IMG/VR virus record: IMGVR_UViG_3300033120_000337
Coordinates: 8,448-72,447 of that record
DNA length: 64,000 bases
DNA from: a virus
Taxonomy: Duplodnaviria; Caudoviricetes
Reading direction: 5' to 3' (one strand)
In this document: positions 9,701 through 19,378 of the stretch, piece by piece
Numbering within the stretch: position 1 is the first letter of the stretch
Layout of the letters: each line of letters opens with the position of its first letter
The notes under the pieces: model-generated
What the model saw: the letters and a program-made list of their open reading frames with translations, nothing else
Database searches by the model: none
What the model was told of the DNA's origin: nothing
Position numbers and translations under genes: made by a program

Positions 9701-9969
9701 TCAACATTCCCACAAGTGGCGCTTCTGCTATTCGAGCAGAAATGAATGGAGTGGTTGAATGGGCTGGTGGTTTCACCAACATTGCTGTTGGTGGTTATGG
9801 AATGCTTGCTGCTTGGGGTGGAAGCATTTATGGATCGTCTGTGTTCAGCGGTATTTCGGGGTCTCTAGGTGAGGGGTCTGTTGACAATCATTCTGGAATA
9901 CCACTCTCAACAGGACTTTTGTTGAGTGGTGACATGGCAATAGGTTCAGGCAGGATCATGAGGTACTAA
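6766..9969 (+). CDS. large Gly/Ser/Thr-rich virion structural protein (fibre/spike-like, beta-helix region)
   Basis: 1067 aa; IYVSAINGSDSNDGLTPSTPLATL is the motif typical of right-handed beta-helix proteins. Function is inferred. Confidence 0.6.
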   Translation: MPGKPARPIFSAIGATQASAREQILALGPNVYPGLSPSIGDVLVWNGTAWVPTSGIAPSQGLSGGIIFRPGGTPSNGVVTTETALQNAVSAFAGPTTVLFDDSVSSPIHLTQPWSVSYGMRWVGKHVGSTTNLILDDGFVLTGPGGLLGISYIGDGLSVRAQGVSGPAPLSLNSAVDVLEVDWQSRIFSAGVSPLIQIESGNRLVLLLRGRVGDGTNPVVSFESASQMTCFVDQFGQVESSSLLGGFVNASVDFGIITTVLGGVSTSNPDFSGTTTTTLLADSTYQAYNDLLVNPPLSASNVQTAIDAIKGFLITGGGSNAIWRGAGAPIAPGVYNTWASLYAWIQAAPGSKRVYLDSTFGPLEVDSGLWVFTGPVEFVGSPTGLRTEIVLNESSFRNAFRWSRIKFIQLNTVGVPFGTSSDTIEFDDCEVDLSGGGQPFIRTLTATMDVTFNHMAVYPTTQLMFDMQPSAPACTIRLLNGSSVDLNSFSSAIGTTLTVVQDTTSTYLTQFFVFGTLIRQLANPPYIAGDPSDWTGSAPDSVFEALDRLAVEGGGSASAFYNDGDVEPSFEILSRSSVPVDTNQLALDAVKTILLPQGPSEIYVSAINGSDSNDGLTPSTPLATLIEAEGRLPDTITRTTTIHVGRADLVNSATYTPPTFRPRRLLASLVISGDGASQPGSAGDRFVTIIPSSVAGVGTNEFQVVTSGLTPNSLKGRTIRILTGAGQHTHRTISSNTATTIVPLRKFEGTPVPGDSFEVVGSAIRLGIPDVANSGEFTLVSGNGSPETTPSTRGETPRFVMVNFRPVPLSPVGAVGFSVRNSNVVLLGWDQESTTTIQIRNEGSSILFGLNGVDATRPIGYYIPTPTFWSGGYTALLGWGAAFCGADASSALQTFNGGVVDGYLISDRGISFRENVTYNIRGGRFITQNAAVPCTISNLARGFIISEASLPTSFESATTALCGLRVLDNAKAGVAFVSFNIPTSGASAIRAEMNGVVEWAGGFTNIAVGGYGMLAAWGGSIYGSSVFSGISGSLGEGSVDNHSGIPLSTGLLLSGDMAIGSGRIMRY

Positions 9970-9970
9970 C

Positions 9971-10390
9971 ATGGGTCAACGTGAACTCTTTGTTCGTCGT
10001 TTCGACATGTGCCATTTCAGCATTGAAGGTCTGCTTTCAGCACATGCTGTTGATACCTCAGCCCCAGCTGCGGATGGTGGACCGGGTCAATTTGGGAGCC
10101 TGGTTTACATCCCTGTGAACCTATGTGTCGGAGACTTTCGTCTTGTACGGGCAGCTCCAGGCACTTCTGGCACGACCACAGTAGAGATGTACAGACTCCG
10201 CACTGGAGTGTGGAGTCTACTAGCAACTTTGAGTGTGTCTGGTACCTCCGCAATGGCCACCTCCAATATTTCTATGGGGGGTCAAGACCCTCTTTCAACT
10301 CTCGTTGGAGGGGACATTCTCATGGCTAGACTACGAGCTATTGAGTCTGGTTCCCCTAGAGGACTCACAGCCAGTGTTGAGTTTCGTTGA
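9971..10390 (+). CDS. putative virion structural protein
   Basis: 139 aa beta-rich ORF coupled to the previous gene. Confidence 0.55.
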   Translation: MGQRELFVRRFDMCHFSIEGLLSAHAVDTSAPAADGGPGQFGSLVYIPVNLCVGDFRLVRAAPGTSGTTTVEMYRLRTGVWSLLATLSVSGTSAMATSNISMGGQDPLSTLVGGDILMARLRAIESGSPRGLTASVEFR

Positions 10391-10403
10391 ATAGATATCC
10401 TAG

Positions 10404-11557
10404 GTGATGAGCAACCGTAGAGTCTACCAAGCCATTGGCGCTACTCCAGAATCAGCCAGAAAAGTCATTGAGGCCATTGGCCCCTTTTCCCTGCCCATTG
10501 CAAATGGAGTCACCCTAAGATTTGGGGATGCTGTTTCAATTGTAGCTGGGAGAGCATCCCTCTCGGATGCCAGGTCTGTGTCTCCAGTTGGAGGCTACAT
10601 TGGGCAGTGTATTTCTGGGGGCACTGGGGATGTAGCAGGATCCGTTTACGCCAAGATCGCTGTTGAGGGAATTGCACCAGCTGCTGGTTTGACACCAGGG
10701 CAATCTGTGTACCTTTCTACTTCAAACATTGGGGCAGTGAGCACTGTTGACCCGAATATGATCAACGAAGGGATTGGTCTTGGAGCAATCTACCAACGTG
10801 TTGGTGTAGCTATCTCTGCTTCTGAATTTTTGATTCAGGTTGGGAAGCCCGAGTCCGTGGATTGGTGCAGCCCTCTGGACATCCCAACGAATGGTATTTT
10901 CTATGGTAAAGCAGACTCCTCGAATGTGCTGCAAAGCTCTCGGTTGTTCACGGTTGCAGATCTGTTTGGTACAGGTCGCACTCTAATCCGAGATGGAATT
11001 CTTTCTACAGCCCCTCTTTATGAGGCAGGCAAAGGCCCTGGAGGAGCCTCAGCTTGTTGGTATTTCCAAAGAAGTCAAAGTCAACGCATGCAAATACTGC
11101 ATGACGCAGGAATGACTGGTTTGGTGTGGAGTGGTGTGGTGTGGCCATAAGTCTGTTGTTGGGAACTGCTGTTGGCGAACAGATGATTGTTTCAAAATCA
11201 TTTTCATCTACCGCAGATCCTTTCTCCTTCTCCTACTCTAACGTAAATGGTCTTAGATTTGAAAATGAGACAGTCAGCAGCTGGATCCGTACCCAATGGA
11301 AAATGGACGGGTTCACACGTCAAGGGGAGAATCTCCCGTACCAGTTGTTCTCTCGTGGTCAGTCTATTGGGTCCGTTCCTGGAATAGCTCAATTTACCTC
11401 AAACGGACCAATCTACGTGGGCAATGACGCAAATTACACCACTTCTCTGGATGGGCGGATTGCAGCTGTAGCTGTTTGGAACAGAGCACTATCCCCTGAG
11501 GAACACCTAGGTCTCAACAACTGGGCTGAGCGTGTGTGGGGGTTGTCGGTTAGCTAG
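10404..11557 (+). CDS. virion protein with C-terminal LamG/concanavalin-like domain, split by a -1 frameshift at ~11145
   Basis: ORF 10404-11150 ends WSGVVWP and the -1 frame continues ISLLLG..EQMIVSK..DGRIAAVAVWNRALSPEE. Adding one C (TGG CC[C] ATA) fuses them into ~384 aa. Confidence 0.6.
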
Positions 11558-11579
11558 TCTATCTTCGGGCTTTAGGGAA

Positions 11580-13181
11580 ATGTTACCAAAGTCTGCAAAA
11601 GCTGACATAACCCCCATTCGTCAACGTACCCAGTACACCTGTATGGGTGCCTCTCTCAGTATGTGTCTTGGTGCTCAAGGCATGAAGACCACTGAGGATG
11701 TGGTCAACAAAGTGATGGGCTGTAAGCCGATGCAGGGGGCTTCCTGGGAACAAGCCCTAGCTGCGGCACAGCACTTTGGGATGCGAGCTACTCTTGTGAC
11801 CCCATGCTCGATGACACAACTTCGAGAATGGACCGACCGAGGCGTAGCTGTAATGATCGCCTGGAACCCTGAGGGTCGTGATTGGTCACATGCCTCAGTC
11901 GTGTTTGATGTGACGGATGATGCTGTTCACATTGCAGACCCAAACATCCCCGATCCAGAACAAACTGTGAGAGTGATCTCCAGAACAGAGTTCTTGGGGA
12001 AGTGGGGGGAGAAATGGCCCGACTACATCGTGAGACGCCCTGCTCTAGCTATTGAACGGGAGATCACAGAAGACGGCCGACAAGTTCAAGCTTCAATGTC
12101 GGAACCTATCAATGAGGTTTTCGACTGGGGCTTCGTTTCTGTTTCGAAAGAACCTCTCAAGACCCGTCCAGATTATGGGTCTCTTTTGGAGAACAACATG
12201 TTGATTACGGCTGAAGATTTCCGGGCTGCTCTACTCTCTGACCTCCCAGCACAAAAGAGTTCAAAGTTCGAGAAGGGTAAGCCTGCGGACCCAACGAAGA
12301 ACATGTCTCCGGAGGACGCTGATGAGTGGGAACGCCAGAACAAGGAGAACAAGGACAACTTCAAGTCTGCTGAAGACTTGGACTCCGCCTACTTTCGCAA
12401 GTCTGCGTCTTCAGAGAATCGATTCCTCATCTCATGTGGGGAATACGAGGCAGAACTCAAGGAGTCTAAGTTCGAGAAGGGGAAATCTGTACCTCTCTCA
12501 GAACTCCCAGATGAGCTTCAGGAGAATGTTGAGAACCCTCCCGAGTCAGTGAAGAAATTGACTGAGAAGCTGAAAGACAAGGCTGCTTCGAAAACTGCTG
12601 AGTCTGACAAGACCGCTGCCTTGGGGCTCTATGGTTTCACGAAGGAAGCTGAACGTGTCTGTGGTTCAGCAACAAATCGACTCTCCAAGTTCACAACAAA
12701 ACTTGCGAAGGAGATCTACACCAAGGATGCTGAGACCTCTTCGTTCTTGGAAGAGCACGAGAAACGTACAGGGTCCAGAGCTGCCCGTATGCTCCGAGCT
12801 TGTATGGGGGACATTGGTCCTGGGCCCAAGAAGACCGCCGCGAAAAGAGAGAGTGGTAGATATGGTTACAGCACCAGGACAGCTAAGCTAGCCCTCCAAG
12901 CGTGTTCGGATGTGGAGCAAGAGGCAGGGATTATCGCCTCAGACCTTCATGAGCGTATGGGCTCAAAGCACTCTTCCATCACAGGATATCTGGGAAAGCA
13001 TGCCAAGAGCGCGAAGTGTGGCTGGAGTGAGATGATACAAGAGGCATATCCTCCTGCCCCTGCTCCGATCACAGCATCCGTCAATGAGATCATCAGTTGG
13101 CAGGGTGGGAAGAACACATCCAGATCAGCAGGTTCGTTCTTGGCCGCAGAAGATGATGAGGATGAGTCCGAGGAGGACTAG
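11580..13181 (+). CDS. C39-like cysteine peptidase fused to acidic internal repeats
   Basis: IRQRTQYTC (catalytic Cys), WSHASVV (His) and IADP (Asp), then SKFEKGK x2 and KTAA..YG(F/Y) x2. Confidence 0.7.
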   Translation: MLPKSAKADITPIRQRTQYTCMGASLSMCLGAQGMKTTEDVVNKVMGCKPMQGASWEQALAAAQHFGMRATLVTPCSMTQLREWTDRGVAVMIAWNPEGRDWSHASVVFDVTDDAVHIADPNIPDPEQTVRVISRTEFLGKWGEKWPDYIVRRPALAIEREITEDGRQVQASMSEPINEVFDWGFVSVSKEPLKTRPDYGSLLENNMLITAEDFRAALLSDLPAQKSSKFEKGKPADPTKNMSPEDADEWERQNKENKDNFKSAEDLDSAYFRKSASSENRFLISCGEYEAELKESKFEKGKSVPLSELPDELQENVENPPESVKKLTEKLKDKAASKTAESDKTAALGLYGFTKEAERVCGSATNRLSKFTTKLAKEIYTKDAETSSFLEEHEKRTGSRAARMLRACMGDIGPGPKKTAAKRESGRYGYSTRTAKLALQACSDVEQEAGIIASDLHERMGSKHSSITGYLGKHAKSAKCGWSEMIQEAYPPAPAPITASVNEIISWQGGKNTSRSAGSFLAAEDDEDESEED

Positions 13182-13481
13182 GCTCTACACAATCCATTCT
13201 GGTGCATCCACCAGTGGAAGGGAATTGCCTGATGCAAGGGGAGTGTGAACTCCAAAACCTCGCGAGCAATTGAACCAGGCTTGCCATAAGCAAGACGAAT
13301 TTTCTCTAGCCTGTCTGGTTTGAAGCTCACTTGTGCAGGAGAGTAGCCCGTGTGGGAGTCAATTACAAAACTCAATTTTCCTCCGATGGTTGTGAACACC
13401 TAAAATGTCCTACCCCTACTTACACCCTAGGTTGTCGTTTTGGGGTCTATAAACCATCTAAAGCAACCATTCAAAAAATCC

Positions 13482-13871
13482 ATGACTCAGTCTGAATCCA
13501 CCCTCCAAAGATTGTTTCGTCGTGTAGCCAACATCCATATGGCTGCTGTGGAGACCAATTCAGTTCTCTCCAGCTCTGCACGTCAAAAGATCAACGCGGA
13601 GCTGATTCGAGCTGGCATGGATGGAAACAAGATGTTCCGCAGAACTGGAGAGGCACTCCAAAAGATCTCTGAGGTGCTCGATGACAACGGCATCGAATGG
13701 GACGAGATCTTGAGTGGAGGTCAATTCAACAAGCCTAAGGGTCGTGCTTCGATTGACCTAGCTTCTCAGGGTGACGATCCATTCTCCCCTGTCTCTATTC
13801 AGAACACCTCACTCGCCTTCCATTGGGACACTCTTGATTTGGGTGTCGAAGTCGTTGCCTACATCGGATGA
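13482..13871 (+). CDS. hypothetical protein with RRVANIHMAA motif
   Basis: ORF with ATG at 13482; motif class shared with other probable head proteins. Confidence 0.6.
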   Translation: MTQSESTLQRLFRRVANIHMAAVETNSVLSSSARQKINAELIRAGMDGNKMFRRTGEALQKISEVLDDNGIEWDEILSGGQFNKPKGRASIDLASQGDDPFSPVSIQNTSLAFHWDTLDLGVEVVAYIG

Positions 13872-13875
13872 ACCC

Positions 13876-14556
13876 ATGACAAACCTTCGTTCCAAACTGA
13901 TTCGTCTTGCTCACACAAAGCCTGAGTTCCGCCCCGTACTTCTACCTCTCTTGAGGGAAGCAGCAGCTCCTGAAGAAGTGGAGTACATTCGCGGTAGGTA
14001 CCTCCCACAAGACAACCCAACACTACTCAAGAGGAAGAACACTCCTCAGGGCCTTGATATTTGGACCTGGGAAGATGGGTCGACCTACAGGGGTGTAGCT
14101 TTCAAGGGCAAACAATCCAAACCGATCTGGAACTACCGTTTCAGGAGCATCGCGGAACAAGAGAAAACAATCCAGAGTGCAGTTGACTCTGCTACAGCAA
14201 GAATTCAGAGCCAGCAAAGCCTTCGAGATGAACGGAAGAACAACGTTCATGGTCTCGTTGAGGGCGACATCCTCTGGAGTTCATGGGGCTATGAACAGAC
14301 CAACATCAACTTCTACCAAGTCCTAGCTGCTGTTGGTAAGAGCATTGTAGTCCGAGAAATCTCTCTGAATGTCATCCGGTCGGATGGCTCTGGGTCTGAC
14401 TATGTCATGCCAGATGTGAATGCCTTCAAAGGACCTCCCATGAAGAAGCTCCCCCAAGGATCTGGCAAGGATGCCCGCGTCAAAATCCAACACTCATACG
14501 CCTACAAATGGGATGGGCAGCCAAAGAGACGTACTTCTCCAGGATGGGGGTACTGA
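13876..14556 (+). CDS. hypothetical protein with the shared LRSxLIRLAHTxP leader and a GDILWSSWGYEQTNINFYQV domain
   Basis: ATG at 13876 starts MTNLRSKLIRLAHTKPEFRPVLLPLLREAA. The C-terminal motif is one I recall from mobile-element hypothetical proteins. Confidence 0.75.
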   Translation: MTNLRSKLIRLAHTKPEFRPVLLPLLREAAAPEEVEYIRGRYLPQDNPTLLKRKNTPQGLDIWTWEDGSTYRGVAFKGKQSKPIWNYRFRSIAEQEKTIQSAVDSATARIQSQQSLRDERKNNVHGLVEGDILWSSWGYEQTNINFYQVLAAVGKSIVVREISLNVIRSDGSGSDYVMPDVNAFKGPPMKKLPQGSGKDARVKIQHSYAYKWDGQPKRRTSPGWGY

Positions 14557-14559
14557 GCC

Positions 14560-15114
14560 ATGAGAACTTCAGCGGACCCATCCAGAGTTGCCGTCAAGGC
14601 TTGGATGAAGCAGAACGTAAAGGACTTCGTTGACCCCAAGACAGGTGAGGTTAACACCACAGACCTAGCAGAGAGTGCTGCTCAGGAATTCAACGAGAAG
14701 GATTTGGGCGGTTGGTTGGATGACGAGACCCACTGGGTGTGGGATATCTCTGTTGAAGTTGCTGAGTCCTTCGAGAAGGGCAACAAGAAGAAAGCTTCCT
14801 CGGAGAACTGGGAGAGTGCTGAGAAGCTCATCCTTGAGGGCACCAACGGGAACGTCAACAGGATCTTGGACTTCCAACTTGAAAAGTTGGCAGCTCAAAC
14901 AAAAGAGATTCAGGCCTCGTTTTTGGAGGCTGCAAAGACTCTTGAGACCCACAAGAGACTTGGTGTTGGGCGAACCGAAAGTCCCAGTCTATTGCTGGAG
15001 CCTCTTCGAGAAATGACCAACTTCTCAAAATCCCTACTTGCGTTTTCCACTCGTGTGGAAACCATAGTAGAAGGCGCCCTCAAGAAGACTGGAGGACGCC
15101 TTTCTGATCTCTGA
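14560..15114 (+). CDS. hypothetical protein (PSRVA motif at N-terminus)
   Basis: 184 aa ORF following the previous gene. Confidence 0.6.
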   Translation: MRTSADPSRVAVKAWMKQNVKDFVDPKTGEVNTTDLAESAAQEFNEKDLGGWLDDETHWVWDISVEVAESFEKGNKKKASSENWESAEKLILEGTNGNVNRILDFQLEKLAAQTKEIQASFLEAAKTLETHKRLGVGRTESPSLLLEPLREMTNFSKSLLAFSTRVETIVEGALKKTGGRLSDL

Positions 15115-15116
15115 GT

Positions 15117-15989
15117 TCAGTCTCTCAACTCATGGTTTCGATTGTTGGTTCGATTGTTGGTTCGTCTCATCACTCTGAGGATATGAGCCAACATCCCATC
15201 TAGTTGGTCGGGGGTGACTCCAACTTCCTTGGCAAGTTCTGCCTTGTTAGACCCCTGTACGAGACCTTCCAAAATGGCTCTGTAGTGAGGTCCACTCTCT
15301 GAGTCTGTCTTAGAAATTCTGCGAGTCAGAGTGCGGATGGTCTCCTCATAGGTTTCCCTTTGAATCAGTGTCTCCTCAACATTTTTGTCGTTGGGGTCGA
15401 ACGTGTCCCAAACCCTATTTGGGTCACTTGAATCAAGGATGTTGTACGTGACCACAAATGGTTCAGCGTGGTGGTGCTTGAACTTAGCAACCTGTTGACC
15501 TGACTCAACCCTCCGGTCTTGCAGTGTCTTTGCATTGAGGAACATCCTCATACCAGCATCCACACCCCAGCCACGCATCTCTGAGTAAACACTCTGGAAA
15601 GCCCAGAATCGAATCACACTTGCTCGGATAGGTTTCCCTTGCTCCAAGAATGGAGCAAGGGAGTCTCGCTCAACAAGACGACAGAAGAAGGCTTGGATGT
15701 GGTCTTCAATGAGGGAGACCTTCCTGGAGTTGTGCATCTTCTTGCTCAAATACTTGGTGAGCATAGCTGTCATGTTCACTGCATTCTCTGCAAGCCATTG
15801 AGAAGTCAGATTCCCTTGAGGGGTCTTTTTCTTTGGTGCAGATGCTTTGAGGACCTCTTGGTGGATCCTTGCCCAGTGTCTTCCCAGCACACTTGTTGAG
15901 TGACTTCCCCCTAGAATGTCACTTGTAAGAGAAACGGCTTCCAAAAACGAGATCTTCTCGTCGTCTGTATTGATCATCTTCGACTCCAT
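15117..15989 (-). CDS. sigma-70-like factor
   Basis: Region-2-like IEDHIQAFFCRL..RFWAFQSVYSEMR and C-terminal HTH KAELAKEVGVTPDQLDGMLAHILRVMR; start set at ATG 15989. Confidence 0.55.
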   Translation of the reverse strand: MESKMINTDDEKISFLEAVSLTSDILGGSHSTSVLGRHWARIHQEVLKASAPKKKTPQGNLTSQWLAENAVNMTAMLTKYLSKKMHNSRKVSLIEDHIQAFFCRLVERDSLAPFLEQGKPIRASVIRFWAFQSVYSEMRGWGVDAGMRMFLNAKTLQDRRVESGQQVAKFKHHHAEPFVVTYNILDSSDPNRVWDTFDPNDKNVEETLIQRETYEETIRTLTRRISKTDSESGPHYRAILEGLVQGSNKAELAKEVGVTPDQLDGMLAHILRVMRRTNNRTNNRNHELRD

Positions 15990-16205
15990 GAAGGGCCCTG
16001 AAGTCAAGGACTTTCGGGCTAGTGTAATCCCAACGGGACATCTAGTCGTGTTAGGTCCTATATCTCTATCCGAGTCTCCGATTTCAGTAAAGAGGCAAAA
16101 CGAAACAACTCGTCTTTTTCTGGCGGTAACCTGGAGGGTTCTCGGTAACGATATGATGAAGACCACTGAAAGAAAGCTCTAGCCCACATTTTTGGAGAAT
16201 CCTAC

Positions 16206-17390
16206 ATGTCCCTGCTCACCCACATTCTCAAGGTCGCCGGAGTCTTTGACGAAATGGACGTCCTAGCTCGTGCCCAATTCATGGAAGGGTACTTGGGGCT
16301 TCGACCCTTTCAGAAGATTCGAGGCGCCAACGGGAAGCCTGCTCTGCTGAAGGCCATCGCGAGCATGATGAACGAGGTGGGTGCCACTTCGGAGGAGTGG
16401 GTTTCTCGTGGGGACACAGGTCTCTACCGGGCGAACTACATGGCGATCAACAGCATGCTTCGGTCTCAGACTGGTGAGAGAACGATGGAAGCTGGAGACG
16501 TACTCCAGTCTATGATGGGGCTGTCAGGCTGGGAAGATGAAGAAGGTGAGACCATTGAACTTGGGGGCAAGAGCCCGTTCTGGCTTGCTGGGAAGTACGC
16601 AGCTGGGAAAGACAAGGATTGGCTTGCCAACGGGATGGTACCAAGTCAGGCCGTGGGGAACACAATCGTGTTTTCAAAGCGCCGTACTGTGGACGTACTT
16701 CGTCAAGAGAGAGATCGGATGCGTAAGCGCCGAGAGAACGAAGACCAGATCTACGACGAGACAATGAGCGGAGAAGAGTCTGGTGGCGGAGATTGGGGGA
16801 CCATCATCGATGCTGTGTTCTCAAACCCAGAGCACGCTCTGTCCAAGAAGTTCTTCGCTTGGCTCGCAAAGAGAATCCCCATGATCCTCTCGGCGAACAC
16901 AGCAGAGATCATGACTCAGTACCTTGAAATCCTGAAGTCTGGGCAAGTGTCCTTCAAGGGCACAGGCGCTGCGGGTGCAGGAGGCGGAGATTCTGGAATC
17001 GCAAAGATTTTGAATCTGACACCCCAAGCACTGTTCAAGGCTAAAGCGCAATTCGTGGACAAGATGTCGGAATACATCGAATCCCATCCAGGAGAGCAAC
17101 AAGGCCTACGTGACATCTTCGAGGATGCATCCTTCCTGAGAGACTTGTTCAGAGGACGGGTCCGATCTGCGGCACACCGCAAAGCTATTGCGAAGGCTCT
17201 AAAGGAATCGCAGAGAGACTGCGTCAACTGTGCTTCTCAAGGTCGAGTCAAGGTCAGAAATGGCAGCACCCATGACAGCCATTGCCAGTTCCACAAGCAA
17301 TGGGTTGCTCAAGGTGGATTTGGGAATCAGGCAGAGAAGCTTGCTCGGAAAGTGGCTCACCGGCACATTGCCTCTCTTCAGAGACGCTGA
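16206..17390 (+). CDS. sigma-70-like factor with RKVAHRH motif at C-terminus
   Basis: SKRRTVDVLR (region-2-like) and GIAKILNLTPQALFKAKAQF (region-4-like HTH); SD GGAG. Confidence 0.5.
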   Translation: MSLLTHILKVAGVFDEMDVLARAQFMEGYLGLRPFQKIRGANGKPALLKAIASMMNEVGATSEEWVSRGDTGLYRANYMAINSMLRSQTGERTMEAGDVLQSMMGLSGWEDEEGETIELGGKSPFWLAGKYAAGKDKDWLANGMVPSQAVGNTIVFSKRRTVDVLRQERDRMRKRRENEDQIYDETMSGEESGGGDWGTIIDAVFSNPEHALSKKFFAWLAKRIPMILSANTAEIMTQYLEILKSGQVSFKGTGAAGAGGGDSGIAKILNLTPQALFKAKAQFVDKMSEYIESHPGEQQGLRDIFEDASFLRDLFRGRVRSAAHRKAIAKALKESQRDCVNCASQGRVKVRNGSTHDSHCQFHKQWVAQGGFGNQAEKLARKVAHRHIASLQRR

Positions 17391-17411
17391 CCATCAAGAG
17401 AAAATGAAAAG

Positions 17412-17439
17412 AGCCCAGGTGATTTCACCTGGGCTTCTT
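17412..17439. terminator. bidirectional intrinsic terminator
   Basis: Perfect 10-bp hairpin AGCCCAGGTG-ATTT-CACCTGGGCT flanked by A-rich and T-rich tracts, between convergent genes. Confidence 0.75.
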
Positions 17440-17460
17440 GCTTTCAAGATGGTTTGGAGA

Positions 17461-17976
17461 TCATGTCTTCTTCTTCTCAGTGAGAGCTTTCTTCGTGAAG
17501 GTCTTTCGGGCGAAGTCCAAAACCATGTTCGGGTTGTCTGCCATCATCGAGACTAGAGCTTCCTTGTCTCTCTGTAGACCCACCATAGCACCCACAAACT
17601 TCTCCGTGATTCCCCCGCTCAGGTAACTGAGGAAGCCATTCTTCTCGATGTTTGGGAACTGTAGTGAAACAGACTTGTAGGAGCCACCAGATTCAGATTC
17701 AGGCACTCGAACCACGCCAAGAGACTCATTGAGAACCTCCTCGATTCGGAATCGGATATCTGTAGACCGATCCGTCTGTTCCTGAATTTGGTACAAGGCA
17801 CTCAGAAGGTAGACGGACTCAGCATGAAAGTGCTTGAGTGCCCAGTAGAGGGTCCGAGGATCTTTGTCCTTCTCGTACTTGTTGAGCGCATTTTCCAGCT
17901 GCTCATCAAGGTGTTGTCGCTTTTTATGTTGCACGTCTACGTTGAGATTCTTTTGGTTCTTCCGTTTACCCAACAT
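17461..17976 (-). CDS. hypothetical protein
   Basis: SD AGGAGG upstream of ATG 17976. Confidence 0.6.
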   Translation of the reverse strand: MLGKRKNQKNLNVDVQHKKRQHLDEQLENALNKYEKDKDPRTLYWALKHFHAESVYLLSALYQIQEQTDRSTDIRFRIEEVLNESLGVVRVPESESGGSYKSVSLQFPNIEKNGFLSYLSGGITEKFVGAMVGLQRDKEALVSMMADNPNMVLDFARKTFTKKALTEKKKT

Positions 17977-18352
17977 CGTCAATCCTCCTAGTTGCAGACA
18001 GTCGCCTTCGTGCGGGCAAAACGAATGACGTCTTTGCATGACGCTTGTGAGACCGTCCTCGTCGCTCGTGCTGCAACTCCATCGCATTGGTGCGTGGTGC
18101 AGAACGCAGAACAAAGATTCTCCAACCCCGAAAGCAGACGTCAGTGTCCCAGTTGTCGTCATTTGCGTGGAGAAATCCGCTCTTCTTGAGCATCGTCACG
18201 ACCTTTGAAGCGGATGATCTCTTGATGCTGAGCATCCCCATCAGTTGCTCAAGCCTGAACTGTGTAAGACCACGTGAAAGAATGGTCGATTCAGCAAGCG
18301 TTGCGAGCTTTCGGATCTTTCGGTCGACCAGAGTCATCTGAAATCCTATCAT
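17966..18352 (-). CDS. hypothetical protein
   Basis: 128 aa ORF in the minus-strand run. Confidence 0.45.
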   Translation of the reverse strand: MIGFQMTLVDRKIRKLATLAESTILSRGLTQFRLEQLMGMLSIKRSSASKVVTMLKKSGFLHANDDNWDTDVCFRGWRIFVLRSAPRTNAMELQHERRGRSHKRHAKTSFVLPARRRLSATRRIDDVG

Positions 18353-18627
18353 CGGTAAGGGGTCTCAACCTTTGTGATGGAGACCAATCGGGCCGCAGTG
18401 TCCACCCTCTCGTCCAACATGTATTGGACGACCCTCTTTAGGGTTCTGAAGTCGTCTGAGATGGCGTCGTACCGGAAGAGTTCTGAATTCTCGTAGGACA
18501 CCACAGCAACACAGTGGCTGCCATAGTGCTCATCCTGAAGGTCGATGAGCTTGATCTTCAGGTTTCGGTACGTGAAGGGCACTCTCAGAGAGTCAGCGAC
18601 TTCTTGGTATGGGATGTCTTTTTCCAC
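18349..18627 (-). CDS. hypothetical protein
   Basis: 92 aa ORF overlapping the next start. Confidence 0.55.
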   Translation of the reverse strand: MEKDIPYQEVADSLRVPFTYRNLKIKLIDLQDEHYGSHCVAVVSYENSELFRYDAISDDFRTLKRVVQYMLDERVDTAARLVSITKVETPYR

Positions 18628-18744
18628 GAACTAGCTCAAGCCCAGAATCAAGGCTGCGAAGAGGATGTCGAAAACTGCGATACACGCGATGGTTTGAAAC
18701 ACGTTGGTCATGCAGCTTTAACGAACGACCAAACCTCTTTTCCC

Positions 18745-19353
18745 CTACTTGCCCAACTTTTCCAAGTTTGAATTCTCCAACATGTCAATGGAGACAATGA
18801 CTCCGGTGCTCCAACCAATTATTCTGTTGGTATGCGCAGTGGACTTGACTGGAGTCAGAGAGAAAGGAGACAATGGGGCAAGATTCTGAGACTCAGCAAA
18901 CTTCTGAGCATCCTCAGGACTACGATGCATGCTGAGAGAACCGTCCTTGTACTCTTGGATCCAAACCTCATCAGTTTGGTTGAGACGGTAGTTCAGACTG
19001 TCACTCACCGTAAGGATTGCGGCCTGGACAACTGCGATGTCTTCCCCTCTGGAGTGCTCTAAACTTAGAGCGCCCAAAGCTTCAAAATGGATGTGCATCA
19101 GGTGTTTACGTTGGGAGACACTCACATACCCGAAGGTGCCTTCCATACGTGTCCGCATCTGTGCGATGACCAATGGGGTAGCACTCTTCACCATCAGTTT
19201 GAACCACTTTGTGAGTGGTATCTTACGACCCTCAAGTTCAAGAACTAGGGTCGCAGCCTCCAGAACAGATTCCTTGGAATTTTCTGCAAGCAAGGTTCCA
19301 ATGCGATCCAGCTTATGGATGATCCAATCAACAGTTGGCACATTCGTTGTCAT
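18745..19353 (-). CDS. hypothetical protein
   Basis: 202 aa ORF; SD AGGA upstream. Confidence 0.6.
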   Translation of the reverse strand: MTTNVPTVDWIIHKLDRIGTLLAENSKESVLEAATLVLELEGRKIPLTKWFKLMVKSATPLVIAQMRTRMEGTFGYVSVSQRKHLMHIHFEALGALSLEHSRGEDIAVVQAAILTVSDSLNYRLNQTDEVWIQEYKDGSLSMHRSPEDAQKFAESQNLAPLSPFSLTPVKSTAHTNRIIGWSTGVIVSIDMLENSNLEKLGK

Positions 19354-19378
19354 GACTCATCCTTACTCGCAGAGAGGT

